A stretch of DNA of 64,000 nt, taken from contig OZ059898.1 in the NCBI GenBank assembly GCA_964057225.1, positions 12,896,001 through 12,960,000 of the forward strand, given 5' to 3'. This document shows, piece after piece, positions 26,097-40,200 of this stretch. The DNA comes from Auanema rhodensis (lineage: Eukaryota > Animalia > Nematoda). The position numbers were made by a program, and so were the translations under genes. Numbering within the stretch: position 1 is the stretch's first letter; every line of letters starts with the position of its first letter. The notes beneath the pieces were generated by a model. The model was not told the origin of the DNA. It saw only the letters and a list, made by a program, of their open reading frames with translations, and did not search any database.

Positions 26097-27358
26097 TTAA
26101 ACAGTTCCATTTTGATATTTTATTAAATTTAATTGAAGTTTAAGTGAAGCTTCCATAATCTAAAATATTTTTATTTTTTATTTTTTAAAATAAAAAGAAA
26201 ATTACTTGATTATGATCAAATCCATTTAATTCAAATTCATCAATAGAATTCGGTAATGAGGAACATTTAGTTCCACAACAATCTATTCCAACCTTTAAAT
26301 ACAGTTTATTTTAAAATTTTATTAAAAATATTTTATTAATTTTCGATTTTTGTTAGTTCAAGAAACAAACCTTGTCATCGCTATCACTATATATAGCATA
26401 TGAGAACATGCCCTCGTAACGTGTTGATTGATTATTGATTTCTTGCTGTAAAAATAAGTTTTTTGTTTCAAAAATATGTTGGAAAATTATTAAAATAAAA
26501 CAAATTCATGTGATGAATCTTACTAAGAATCGGGATTTACAGTGCAAACCATTACGCTTAGAGCACACCCAAAAGGGCACAAAACACAAAGATGAACCAT
26601 AGTTTGCTCCAGCAATGCTGACAAATGTATCAATCTAAAAAGAGAATATGTTGTTAATGTGATGTAAAAAGCACGGATAATGATGTCACCATGTGTGTCA
26701 ATGGTTTTCCAACAAAGTCATCTTCACACAGTCCACCAAGTATAGCTTTGCGTGTGATTGGTGAACCCATTGAATAGGCTAAGACATCAATTTTGGTACC
26801 AGCATAGGCATAAACAGCTTGAATCATAGCACGAACCTGATATCGTATTCAATGATTATGATGTTTCAATGAAAGTACTAAAAACTTACTTGTCGTACGT
26901 ATTGGCATTGCAACTTGACGAACAGAGTGTAACTTCTAGTTCCTTCGCCATACGTCGTTCCATAAATCTTTAAAAATGCTTACGTTCATAAAAAACATCT
27001 TTTTGAATCTTACCTCAGCATTGGAATATTTATGTTTTTTAAGAAATTTACGAACAAATTCAAATCTTGAAGCTGTATTAGTTACGCCGTGAACAATAAG
27101 AACAGGCTGAAAAACAAAGTTTGTCAGGTTGTATAAATGCTTAAGCAGTTATATATCACTTACTTGATTTCGAAGTTTTTCCGTAGCAGCATACTTGCCA
27201 CCAAAACTACCTTCATTACCAAAATCTAAGCGTTCGAGAACCTTTTGACCAGGTTTTGTGTATAAGTCAATAAGAAATTCATTGAAATGAGGTGTAAATT
27301 CAGAATAAATCTGATAAATTAGATAAAAACAACAAAAAATTCGGCACAGGTTTTGCAT
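26097..27358 (-). CDS. Secreted Lipase_2 (lips family) lipase
   Basis: Signal-like start; FTPHFNEFL...LERLDFG..GSFGG, PVLIVHG, YGTTYG, nucleophile elbow AYSMGSPITRKAILGG, FVSIAGANYG. Confidence 0.88.
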
Positions 27359-28483
27359 TTATCTAAATCAAATAATTTAAATAATGATGGTTATACAATT
27401 AAAAAAAACAAAATAGGATTAAAATAGAAATATACTATGAATTGTAAATAAAATTGGGAGAAAAATCAGTCAGAGCGAAATTTTTCATCATAGGTATGAA
27501 AGAGAGAGAGAGAGATTGTTTATAGAGAGGGAGATTTGATCAAAGAGAACGAGGGTTTGAAAGGGGGAGATAAAGAGAGAGAGGGAGAAGAAGAGAGAAA
27601 TAGAAGAAATGGCCATCAAAGTCAGCTGCATCCTTAAACTGGTATAAACATGTGTCTATATCTCTCTCTCTCTCTATCTGCTTATCTCTTTTTCTCCGAA
27701 TTCTATTACCTCTTTCTATCATTTCATACTAACCGGATTGGCAATCACTATGTAAAAGACCTTGTACACCACCGTTGTGAAAGCTTCAAATTCGTGTAAT
27801 GGTTTACCTTGAAGAATGAACACATAGATTACACAGGACCTGTCCTATGCTTGCACCAGGTCGAGAGCGTGGAAGGAAATAGGTGAAGGAATTAAAGAAA
27901 AAAAATAAGAAAAGTTTCTGACAATAATGGCATAAACCCATTTATATACTCATCATATATTACACTTTTGATCTCAAAAATTATCTTTTCATTTTAATTT
28001 TATTATTTATTTAATATGTAACTTTCAAAAGTTCGTTCAGTTGAACATGATTTGAACAGCTTTTCATATTTTCTCTTCGAAAAATTGAAAAAAGAAATGA
28101 ACTTTTTTGGTTAAACATTAAAGCTTTTTGTAAATAATTATCCAAATTTTTTATAAAACTGTTGTTGAAAATACAGTTTTGTATCGAAAGAAAGGATATA
28201 GTTAGCACAATTTATCTTTATTTTCGATTACTTCGTCCTTCTTCCTCCTACCTATTACTTTCCTTCTTTCTCCTTTTCTTCTCCCTCCCTCTCCCTCTCT
28301 CCCTCTCTCCCTCTCTCCCCCCTCTCTCTCTGTCTGATTGATCTCTGAACTAGGCTGAGTTCACATAACTCTTTGACATCCGTATTCTTGTACTGTTCAG
28401 TCAATAAGACATAGTTTCCTATTATTTATATTCTTTTTTCATGATTTGTTTTGAATTAAATAACTAAAAGTAAGCTTTAGGTC

Positions 28484-29683
28484 ATGGTATCATGGTTAAT
28501 CTTTTTCTTTATATTTAAAACTTATTATAGTTTTGTATTGAATAATGAGGTATATAGTATAATAAGTTTATAATTATAAAATCATTTATATTCATTTTGA
28601 ATTGATTTTTTATAGGATTTACCTGTACATGAAACATTTACTAATCTTGGTAAACCGTTTGAAATCATCGAAGAAGAAGTAGCATTCCATGGCATTTGGA
28701 CTAATTTTACCAGATTGCATTTCGTTCGAAAGGATCGAAACAAGACTGGTGTAAGCAAATTTTAATTTTTTACCTGAAAATTGCAAATACAAGCTTAACA
28801 CTTAGAAAATTAATATTTCTTTGGAATATTGTTTATATTATATATTTAAGATATGGGAAATGATTGATATGCCACAATACTCGGATGATCGAGTAAACGG
28901 AGTTCAACTGATTCCAAGAATTTTGTTGAAGAATCGTCGTCATTACGTCTTTAATTTGCAATTTCGCATTTCTCTCCGAGGATGGACATTAGAGTTTCCT
29001 GGTGGTGAGTTCTAATGTGTTGTTTCATGTTATATCTAGCTAGCTAGTTAGCTATTTAGTTTGTTATCTGTTGACAAGCTATATTGTCATTGTCTCTCAT
29101 TTCACACATCTTTTGTATTTTGGTCTATCATACATCTGGTTATTTCACACTTTCATATCAAATCTGTTTTTGTGATTTCATCATTTCTAGGTGGTGTTGA
29201 GAATGGGGAAAGTAATATAGAAGGGGCTTTAAGGGAACTGAAAGAAGAAACCGGATACACTGCTACTCAGGCTAATGCCCTCTTTTCGTAAGTTTTTTAC
29301 TCCTGAATTATATGATTCGAAACGAAATAGTTAAATGTCATAAAAGATAATCCTTGTATAGAACGCATGGCAAGCTGGCCACTCATCCAGGAAAGACGAA
29401 CGATCTCATTCAATTAACTGTTGTTGACATTGATGCCGAAGTTCCTGAGAATCAGCATATCCAACAGAATTTAGATGACGAAGAAGTGGGTTCATCTTCT
29501 TTTCTTCTTCGGCTCTATTCTTTCTCATAGTTTTTCATTCCATTTCAGGCTTCATACGTACGACTGATTGCTGAGGATGAGCTCTTAGAAACATTGATTA
29601 AGATAGAAAAACAAGTTTATATAGCATCTAATGTCTATGCCTTTGCAATTGGTCACCGGCTGGCTACCGATGGTTTCATTTAA
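28484..29683 (+). CDS. Nudix hydrolase, NUDT5/ADP-sugar pyrophosphatase-like
   Basis: QFRISLRGWTLEFPG|GGVENGESNIEGALRELKEETGY (Nudix box), then WPTHPG...IDAEVPENQ..LDDEE and VYAFAIG. Exact start exon uncertain. Confidence 0.85.
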
Positions 29684-29872
29684 TTTTTTTTTAGGAATAT
29701 TATAGATTTAATGTATTTATATAATGTATAGATTGTACGAATACTATTGCCTATAAGGCTCTAAAATCCTTACTTCTCTTTCATCTGATAATCTATTTTA
29801 AATATTTTTAAATAAAGAAAAGAGCCTTATGAATGATATTTTCGATATAATTGATAAGGTTCGTCTAGCACC

Positions 29873-29944
29873 GCCTCATTGGCTCAGGGGCAGAGCGTCT
29901 GTCTAGTAAACAGAAGGTCGCTGGTTCGATTCCAGCATGAGGCA
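29873..29944 (+). tRNA. tRNA-Thr(AGT)
   Basis: 72 nt; acceptor GCCTCAT/ATGAGGC, anticodon arm TCTGT-CT-AGT-AA-ACAGA, B box GGTTCGATTCC, T-run downstream. Confidence 0.95.
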
Positions 29945-30439
29945 TCCTTTTGTTTATCTTCTATGAAGATTGTAAGATCAGAAACCAATTTTATACATTT
30001 CATTCTTCATGATTTTTTTTGTTCTTGCCGTATTATCACTGTTATCAGCAACATTGTCATCATATTTTGAGCATTTCTTTCATGAAATATAAATTTTGGT
30101 TTTGAATACAATTGAAAAATCACGTAAAATGGGAAATAAAGAATTTTATAATCGGATTTTTAGTTATAACATAATAGACTATCTAATTTATTTGCTGAAC
30201 CTTGATTTTATGAAGCTTTTAGGAAAGTTATAGAAATATTTATTTTTTGCTTACACCTTTTTATGGGATCTGCTTTTTTTTATTTGGAAACCCTTCCAAC
30301 ATACGTGTAGTGGTTAACTACTTACTCATTTGCCTCGAAAACGAGTAATAGAGTAAATATTCTGAAATTATAGAAAATGTTTATATTTATATTTCATATT
30401 TGGAACATTTAAGATGAGTACGAAAGTGATTCAATGCAA

Positions 30440-30510
30440 AACAACTCAAAAGAATCGAACCTGTATCACCAGTTTTGTAATCAAAATATTTACCACTGCG
30501 CGATCCAAGC
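30440..30510 (-). pseudogene. Degenerate tRNA-like relic
   Basis: Minus strand has A box TCGCGCAGTGG and B box GGTTCGATTC at tRNA spacing, but acceptor and T stems no longer pair. Confidence 0.55.
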
Positions 30511-30645
30511 AGCAACATCTATATTATTAGCAATCAAGTAATACAAACAGATTTATCAGCAATTCGTGAGTTTCGATCTTTTACTGTTTGAGTACCAGTC
30601 TGTCGTATTATCCTTAATGCTGTTTGAGAAAATACAGCAGTACAC

Positions 30646-30677
30646 TTCTGGAGATATGGTGAATTGAAACCCAGCCC
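30646..30677 (-). pseudogene. 3' half of tRNA-Ala(AGC), inverted copy
   Basis: GGGCTGGGTTTCAATTCACCATATCTCCAGAA matches 31102-31133 at 30/32 positions, including 3 nt of trailer. Confidence 0.8.
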
Positions 30678-31058
30678 ACGTCGTAGGGTCCGGGGGTCCT
30701 GGTCCTGGGTGTTGGCCTTCTCTGTTCGTTTCTATATCTCTTGCCTCACCTATTGACCACATTTATACATAATTGGTAACTATATGATAAATGAAAAAGT
30801 GGATATATCAAATAAACCATAGATCATTATTGGCTGACAATGACGGCTGAGTTAAACCGTCATATCTAGTTAATATGTTAATACTTTTTAGTTTCCTATT
30901 AGTTTTTCAATTTCTGAAGATAAGATTTTTATATATTTAAGTTTCACATTAGAAGAATTTTCAATGTTAATTAAACTTTTTAAGAAGAAATAATACCAGA
31001 GAACTTTCTCTTTCAAATCGAGAAATCATTATTGTTGCGGAGAAATACTTAAAAGTGT

Positions 31059-31130
31059 GGGGATATAGCTCAGTGGTAGAGCGCTCCCTTAGCATGGGAG
31101 AGGGCTGGGGTTCAATTCCCCATATCTCCA
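31059..31130 (+). tRNA. tRNA-Ala(AGC)
   Basis: 72 nt; acceptor GGGGATA/TATCTCC (G3-U70), anticodon arm CTCCC-TT-AGC-AT-GGGAG, T8 run downstream. Confidence 0.95.
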
Positions 31131-31287
31131 GAAATACTTTCCTTTTTTTTAAAAACGGCATTACGTATTTTTTTCCAACTTAAATTAACGTGTGTGGTTG
31201 ATTTTCTTTTTATAAATGACCACTATAGAATTAATTTGTGCGGAAGATCCCAGACAAATCTCATTACAAAAAGTTGATTATACTTAA

Positions 31288-34200
31288 AGCCTAAACTTTT
31301 TTGTTGTTTTTATTTGATTTGAAGAGATCATTTTTGACAAAATCGAACAATCACCGGACACAACGTGCCTACAGCCTGAACTTTTTTGTGAACAAATCTT
31401 GTGGATGGGGTCTATATAAACCTTTTTTCCTGAAATTTGAAAAGTCACAGCCAAATCTCACTAAGCAATTCAGAATCTACACATCTGAATACCCAACCTC
31501 AGAGTATTTTTATTTGATTATAGTTAATAATCTTTGACAAAATCGAACAATCACCGGACACAACGTGCCTACAGCCTGAACTTTTTTGTGAACAAATCTT
31601 GTGGATGGGGTCTATATAAACCTTTTTTCCTGAAATTTGAAAAGTCACAGCCAAATCTCACTAAGCCATTCAGAATCTACACATCTGAATACCCAACTTT
31701 AGAGTATTTTTATTTGATTATAGTTAATAATCTTTGACAAAATCGAACAATCACCGGACACAACGTGCCTACCGCCTGAACTTTTTTGTGAACAAATCTT
31801 GTGGATGGGGTCTATATAAACCTTTTTCCCTGAAATTTGAAAAGTCACAGCCAAATCTCACTAAGCAATTCAGAATCTACACATCTGAATACCCAACCTC
31901 AGAGTATTTTCATTTGATTATAGTTAATAATCTTTGACAAAATGGAACAATCACCAGACACAACGTGCCTACAGCCTGAACTTTTTTGTGAACAAATCTT
32001 GTGGATGGGGTCTATATAAACCTTTTTCCCTGAAATTTGAAAAGTCACAGCCAAATCTCACTAAGCAATTCAGAATCTACACATCTGAATACCCAACATC
32101 AGAGTATTTTCATTTGATTATAGTTAATAATCTTTGACAAAATCGAACAATCACCAGACACAACGTGCCTACAGCCTGAACTTTTTTGTGAACAAATCTT
32201 GTGGATGGGGTCTATATAAACCTTTTTTCCTGAAATTTGAAAAGTCACAGCCAAATCTCACTAAGCAATTCAGAATCTACACATCTGAATACCCAACCTC
32301 AGAGTATTTTTATTTGATTATAGTTAATAATCTTTGACAAAATCGAACAATCACCGGACACAACGTGCCTACCGCCTGAACTTTTTTGTGAACAAATCTT
32401 GTGGATGGGGTCTATATAAACCTTTTTTCCTGAAATTTGAAAAGTCACAGCCAAATCTCACTAAGCAATTCAGAATCTACACATCTGAATACCCAACATC
32501 AGAGTATTTTCATTTGATTATAGTTAATAATCTTTGACAAAATCGAACAATCACCAGACACAACGTGCCTACAGCCTGAACTTTTTTGTGAACAAATCTT
32601 GTGGATGGGGTCTATATAAACCTTTTTTCCTGAAATTTGAAAAGTCACAGCCAAATCTCACTAAGCAATTCAGAATCTACACATCTGAATACCCAACCTC
32701 AGAGTATTTTTATTTGATTATAGTTAATAATCTTTGACAAAATCGAACAATCACCGGACACAACGTGCCTACCGCCTGAACTTTTTTGTGAACAAATCTT
32801 GTGGATGGGGTCTATATAAACCTTTTTTCCTGAAATTTGAAAAGTCACAGCCAAATCTCACTAAGCAATTCAGAATCTACACATCTGAATACCCAACCTC
32901 AGAGTATTTTTATTTGATTATAGTTAATAATCTTTGACAAAATCGAACAATCACCGGACACAACGTGCCTACCGCCTGAACTTTTTTGTGAACAAATCTT
33001 GTGGATGGGGTCTATATAAACCTTTTTTCCTGAAATTTGAAAAGTCACAGCCAAATCTCACTAAGCAATTCAGAATCTACACATCTGAATACCCAACCTC
33101 AGAGTATTTTTATTTGATTATAGTTTATGATCTTTGACAAAATCGAACAATCACCGGACACAACGTGCCTACAGCCTGAACTTTTTTGTGAACAAATCTT
33201 GTGGATGGGGTCTATATAAACCTTTTTTCCTGAAATTTGAAAAGTCACAGCCAAATCTCACTAAGCAATTCAGAATCTACACATCTGAATACTCAACCTC
33301 AGAGTATTTTTATTTGATTATAGTTTATGATCTTTGACAAAATCGAACAATCACCAGACACAACGTGCCTACCGCCTGAACTTTTTTGTGAACAAATCTT
33401 GTGGATGGGGTCTATATAAACCTTTTTTCCTGAAATTTGAAAAATCACAGCCAAATCTCACTAAGCAATTCAGAATCTACACATCTGAATACTCAACCTC
33501 AGAGTATTTTTATTTGATTATAGTTAATAATCTTTGACAAAATCGAACAATCACCGGACACAACGTGCCTACCGCCTGAACTTTTTTGTGAACAAATCTT
33601 GTGGATGGGGTCTATATAAACCTTTTTTCCTGAAATTTGAAAAATCACAGCCAAATCTCACTAAGCAATTCAGAATCTACACATCTGAATACCCAACCTC
33701 AGAGTATTTTTATTTGATTATAGTTTATGATCTTTGACAAAATCGAACAATCACCGGACACAACGTGCCTACAGCCTGAACTTTTTTGTGAACAAATCTT
33801 GTGGATGGGGTCTATATAAACCTTTTTTCCTGAAATTTGAAAAGTCACAGCCAAATCTCCCTAAGCAATTCAGAATCTACACATCTGAATACCCAACCTC
33901 AGAGTATTTTTATATGATTATAGTTTATGATCTTTGACAAAATCGAACAATCACCGGACACAACGTGCCTACAGCCTGAACTTTTTTGTGAACAAATCTT
34001 GTGGATGGGGTCTATATAAACCTTTTTTCCTGAAATTTGAAAAGTCACAGCCAAATCTCACTAAGCAATTCAGAATCTACACATCTGAATACCCAACCTC
34101 AGAGTATTTTCATTTGATTATAGTTAATAATCTTTGACAAAATCGAACAATCACCAGACACAACGTGCCTACAGCCTGAACTTTTTTGTGAACAAATCTT

Positions 34201-37200
34201 GTGGATGGGGTCTATATAAACCTTTTTTCCTGAAATTTGAAAAGTCACAGCCAAATCTCACTAAGCAATTCAGAATCTACACATCTGAATACCCAACCTC
34301 AGAGTATTTTTATTTGATTATAGTTTATGATCTTTGACAAAATCGAACAATCACCGGACACAACGTGCCTACCGCCTGAACTTTTTTGTGAACAAATCTT
34401 GTGGATGGGGTCTATATAAACCTTTTTTCCTGAAATTTGAAAAGTCACAGCCAAATCTCACTAAGCAATTCAGAATCTACACATCTGAATACCCAACCTC
34501 AGAGTATTTTTATTTGATTATAGTTTATGATCTTTGACAAAATCGAACAATCACCGGACACAACGTGCCTACAGCCTGAACTTTTTTGTGAACAAATCTT
34601 GTGGATGGGGTCTATATAAACCTTTTTTCCTGAAATTTGAAAAGTCACAGCCAAATCTCACTAAGCAATTCAGAATCTACACATCTGAATACCCAACCTC
34701 AGAGTATTTTCATTTGATTATAGTTAATAATCTTTGACAAAATCGAACAATCACCGGACACAACGTGCCTACCGCCTGAACTTTTTTGTGAACAAATCTT
34801 GTGGATGGGGTCTATATAAACCTTTTTTCCTGAAATTTGAAAAGTCACAGCCAAATCTCACTAAGCAATTCAGAATCTACACATCTGAATACCCAACCTC
34901 AGAGTATTTTCATTTGATTATAGTTTATGATCTTTGACAAAATCGAACAATCACCAGACACAACGTGCCTACAGCCTGAACTTTTTTGTGAACAAATCTT
35001 GTGGATGGGGTCTATATAAACCTTTTTTCCTGAAATTTGAAAAGTCACAGCCAAATCTCACTAAGCCATTCAGAATCTACACATCTGAATACCCAACCTC
35101 AGAGTATTTTCATTTGATTATAGTTAATAATCTTTGACAAAATCGAACAATCACCGGACACAACGTGCCTACCGCCTGAACTTTTTTGTGAACAAATCTT
35201 GTGGATGGGGTCTATATAAACCTTTTTTCCTGAAATTTGAAAAGTCACAGCCAAATCTCACTAAGCAATTCAGAATCTACACATCTGAATACCCAACCTC
35301 AGAGTATTTTCATTTGATTATAGTTTATGATCTTTGACAAAATCGAACAATCACCAGACACAACGTGCCTACAGCCTGAACTTTTTTGTGAACAAATCTT
35401 GTGGATGGGGTCTATATAAACCTTTTTTCCTGAAATTTGAAAAATCACAGCCAAATCTCACTAAGCAATTCAGAATCTACACATCTGAATACCCAACCTC
35501 AGAGTATTTTCATTTGATTATAGTTAATAATCTTTGACAAAATCGAACAATCACCGGACACAACGTGCCTACAGCCTGAACTTTTTTGTGAACAAATCTT
35601 GTGGATGGGGTCTATATAAACCTTTTTTCCTGAAATTTGAAAAGTCACAGCCAAATCTCACTAAGCAATTCAGAATCTACACATCTGAATACCCAACCTC
35701 AGAGTATTTTTATTTGATTATAGTTTATGATCTTTGACAAAATCGAACAATCACCGGACACAACGTGCCTACAGCCTGAACTTTTTTGTGAACAAATCTT
35801 GTGGATGGGGTCTATATAAACCTTTTTTCCTGAAATTTGAAAAGTCACAGCCAAATCTCACTAAGCAATTCAGAATCTACACATCTGAATACCCAACCTC
35901 AGATAATTTTTATTTGATTATAGTTAATAATCTTTGACAAAATCGAACAATCACCAGACACAACGTGCCTACAGCCTGAACTTTTTTGTGAACAAATCTT
36001 GTGGATGGGGTCTATATAAACCTTTTTTCCTGAAATTTGAAAAATCACAGCCAAATCTCACTAAGCAATTCAGAATCTACACATCTGAATACCCAACCTC
36101 AGAGTATTTTTATTTGATTATAGTTAATAATCTTTGACAAAATCGAACAATCACCGGACACAACGTGCCTACAGCCTGAACTTTTTTGTGAACAAATCTT
36201 GTGGATGGGGTCTATATAAACCTTTTTTCCTGAAATTTGAAAAGTCACAGCCAAATCTCACTAAGCAATTCAGAATCTACACATCTGAATACCCAACCTC
36301 AGAGTATTTTCATTTGATTATAGTTTATGATCTTTGACAAAATCGAACAATCACCAGACACAACGTGCCTACAGCCTGAACTTTTTTGTGAACAAATCTT
36401 GTGGATGGGGTCTATATAAACCTTTTTTCCTGAAATTTGAAAAGTCACAGCCAAATCTCACTAAGCAATTCAGAATCTACACATCTGAATACCCAACCTC
36501 AGATAATTTTTATTTGATTATAGTTTATGATCTTTGACAAAATCGAACAATCACCAGACACAACGTGCCTACAGCCTGAACTTTTTTGTGAACAAATCTT
36601 GTGGATGGGGTCTATATAAACCTTTTTTCCTGAAATTTGAAAAGTCACAGCCAAATCTCACTAAGCAATTCAGAATCTACACATCTGAATACCCAACCTC
36701 AGAGTATTTTCATTTGATTATAGTTAATAATCTTTGACAAAATCGAACAATCACCAGACACAACGTGCCTACAGCCTGAACTTTTTTGTGAACAAATCTT
36801 GTGGATGGGGTCTATATAAACCTTTTTTCCTGAAATTTGAAAAGTCACAGCCAAATCTCACTAAGCAATTCAGAATCTACACATCTGAATACCCAACCTC
36901 AGATAATTTTTATTTGATTATAGTTAATAATCTTTGACAAAATCGAACAATCACCAGACACAACGTGCCTACAGCCTGAACTTTTTTGTGAACAAATCTT
37001 GTGGATGGGGTCTATATAAACCTTTTTTCCTGAAATTTGAAAAGTCACAGCCAAATCTCACTAAGCAATTCAGAATCTACACATCTGAATACCCAACCTC
37101 AGAGTATTTTTATTTGATTATAGTTAATAATCTTTGACAAAATCGAACAATCACCGGACACAACGTGCCTACCGCCTGAACTTTTTTGTGAACAAATCTT

Positions 37201-40200
37201 GTGGATGGGGTCTATATAAACCTTTTTTCCTGAAATTTGAAAAGTCACAGCCAAATCTCACTAAGCAATTCAGAATCTACACATCTGAATACCCAACCTC
37301 AGAGTATTTTTATTTGATTATAGTTAATAATCTTTGACAAAATCGAACAATCACCGGACACAACGTGCCTACCGCCTGAACTTTTTTGTGAACAAATCTT
37401 GTGGATGGGGTCTATATAAACCTTTTTTCCTGAAATTTGAAAAGTCACAGCCAAATCTCACTAAGCAATTCAGAATCTACACATCTGAATACCCAACCTC
37501 AGAGTATTTTCATTCGATTATAGTTAATAATCTTAGACAAAATCGAACAATCACCGGACACAACGTGCCTACAGCCTGAACTTTTTTGTGAACAAATCTT
37601 GTGGATGGGGTCTATATAAACCTTTTTTCCTGAAATTTGAAAAGTCACAGCCAAATCTCACTAAGCAATTCAGAATCTACACATCTGAATACCCAACCTC
37701 AGAGTATTTTCATTCGATTATAGTTAATAATCTTAGACAAAATCGAACAATCACCGGACACAACGTGCCTACAGCCTGAACTTTTTTGTGAACAAATCTT
37801 GTGGATGGGGTCTATATAAACCTTTTTTCCTGAAATTTGAAAAGTCACAGCCAAATCTCACTAAGCAATTCAGAATCTACACATCTGAATACCCAACCTC
37901 AGAGTATTTTTATTTGATTATAGTTAATAATCTTTGACAAAATCGAACAATCACCGGACACAACGTGCCTACCGCCTGAACTTTTTTGTGAACAAATCTT
38001 GTGGATGGGGTCTATATAAACCTTTTTTCCTGAAATTTGAAAAGTCACAGCCAAATCTCACTAAGCAATTCAGAATCTACACATCTGAATACCCAACCTC
38101 AGAGTATTTTTATTTGATTATAGTTTATGATCTTTGACAAAATCGAACAATCACCGGACACAACGTGCCTACAGCCTGAACTTTTTTGTGAACAAATCTT
38201 GTGGATGGGGTCTATATAAACCTTTTTTCCTGAAATTTGAAAAGTCACAGCCAAATCTCACTAAGCAATTCAGAATCTACACATCTGAATACCCAACCTC
38301 AGAGTATTTTCATTCGATTATAGTTAATAATCTTAGACAAAATCGAACAATCACCGGACACAACGTGCCTACAGCCTGAACTTTTTTGTGAACAAATCTT
38401 GTGGATGGGGTCTATATAAACCTTTTTTCCTGAAATTTGAAAAGTCACAGCCAAATCTCACTAAGCAATTCAGAATCTACACATCTGAATACCCAACCTC
38501 AGAGTATTTTTATTTGATTATAGTTAATAATCTTTGACAAAATCGAACAATCACCGGACACAACGTGCCTACCGCCTGAACTTTTTTGTGAACAAATCTT
38601 GTGGATGGGGTCTATATAAACCTTTTTTCCTGAAATTTGAAAAGTCACAGCCAAATCTCACTAAGCAATTCAGAATCTACACATCTGAATACCCAACCTC
38701 AGAGTATTTTTATTTGATTATAGTTTATGATCTTTGACAAAATCGAACAATCACCGGACACAACGTGCCTACAGCCTGAACTTTTTTGTGAACAAATCTT
38801 GTGGATGGGGTCTATATAAACCTTTTTTCCTGAAATTTGAAAAGTCACAGCCAAATCTCACTAAGCCATTCAGAATCTACACATCTGAATACCCAACCTC
38901 AGAGTATTTTCATTTGATTATAGTTAATAATCTTTGACAAAATCGAACAATCACCGGACACAACGTGCCTACAGCCTGAACTTTTTTGTGAACAAATCTT
39001 GTGGATGGGGTCTATATAAACCTTTTTTCCTGAAATTTGAAAAGTCACAGCCAAATCTCACTAAGCAATTCAGAATCTACACATCTGAATACCCAACCTC
39101 AGAGTATTTTCATTTGATTATAGTTTATGATCTTTGACAAAATCGAACAATCACCGGACACAACGTGCCTACAGCCTGAACTTTTTTGTGAACAAATCTT
39201 GTGGATGGGGTCTATATAAACCTTTTTTCCTGAAATTTGAAAAATCACAGCCAAATCTCACTAAGCAATTCAGAATCTACACATCTGAATACCCAACCTC
39301 AGAGTATTTTTATTTGATTATAGTTAATAATCTTTGACAAAATCGAACAATCACCGGACACAACGTGCCTACAGCCTGAACTTTTTTGTGAACAAATCTT
39401 GTGGATGGGGTCTATATAAACCTTTTTTCCTGAAATTTGAAAAATCACAGCCAAATCTCACTAAGCAATTCAGAATCTACACATCTGAATACCCAACCTC
39501 AGAGTATTTTTATTTGATTATAGTTAATAATCTTTGACAAAATCGAACAATCACCGGACACAACGTGCCTACAGCCTGAACTTTTTTGTGAACAAATCTT
39601 GTGGATGGGGTCTATATAAACCTTTTTTCCTGAAATTTGAAAAATCACAGCCAAATCTCACTAAGCAATTCAGAATCTACACATCTGAATACCCAACCTC
39701 AGAGTATTTTCATTTGATTATAGTTTATGATCTTTGACAAAATCGAACAATCACCAGACACAACGTGCCTACAGCCTGAACTTTTTTGTGAACAAATCTT
39801 GTGGATGGGGTCTATATAAACCTTTTTTCCTGAAATTTGAAAAGTCACAGCCAAATCTCACTAAGCAATTCAGAATCTACACATCTGAATACCCAACCTC
39901 AGAGTATTTTTATTTGATTATAGTTAATAATCTTTGACAAAATCGAACAATCACCAGACACAACGTGCCTACAGCCTGAACTTTTTTGTGAACAAATCTT
40001 GTGGATAGGGTCTATATAAACCTTTTTTCCTGAAATTTGAAAAGTCACAGCCAAATCTCATTAAGCAATTCAGAATCTACACATCTGAATACCCAACCTC
40101 AGAGTATTTTCATTTGATTATAGTTTATGATCTTTGACAAAATCGAACAATCACCAGACACAACGTGCCTACAGCCTGAACTTTTTTGTGAACAAATCTT

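Noticed and set aside
31335-31380. tRNA-derived monomer (GTTCGATT and CTGTAG on the minus strand)
   Set aside because: No A box at proper spacing, no cloverleaf, B box lacks its flanking G/C
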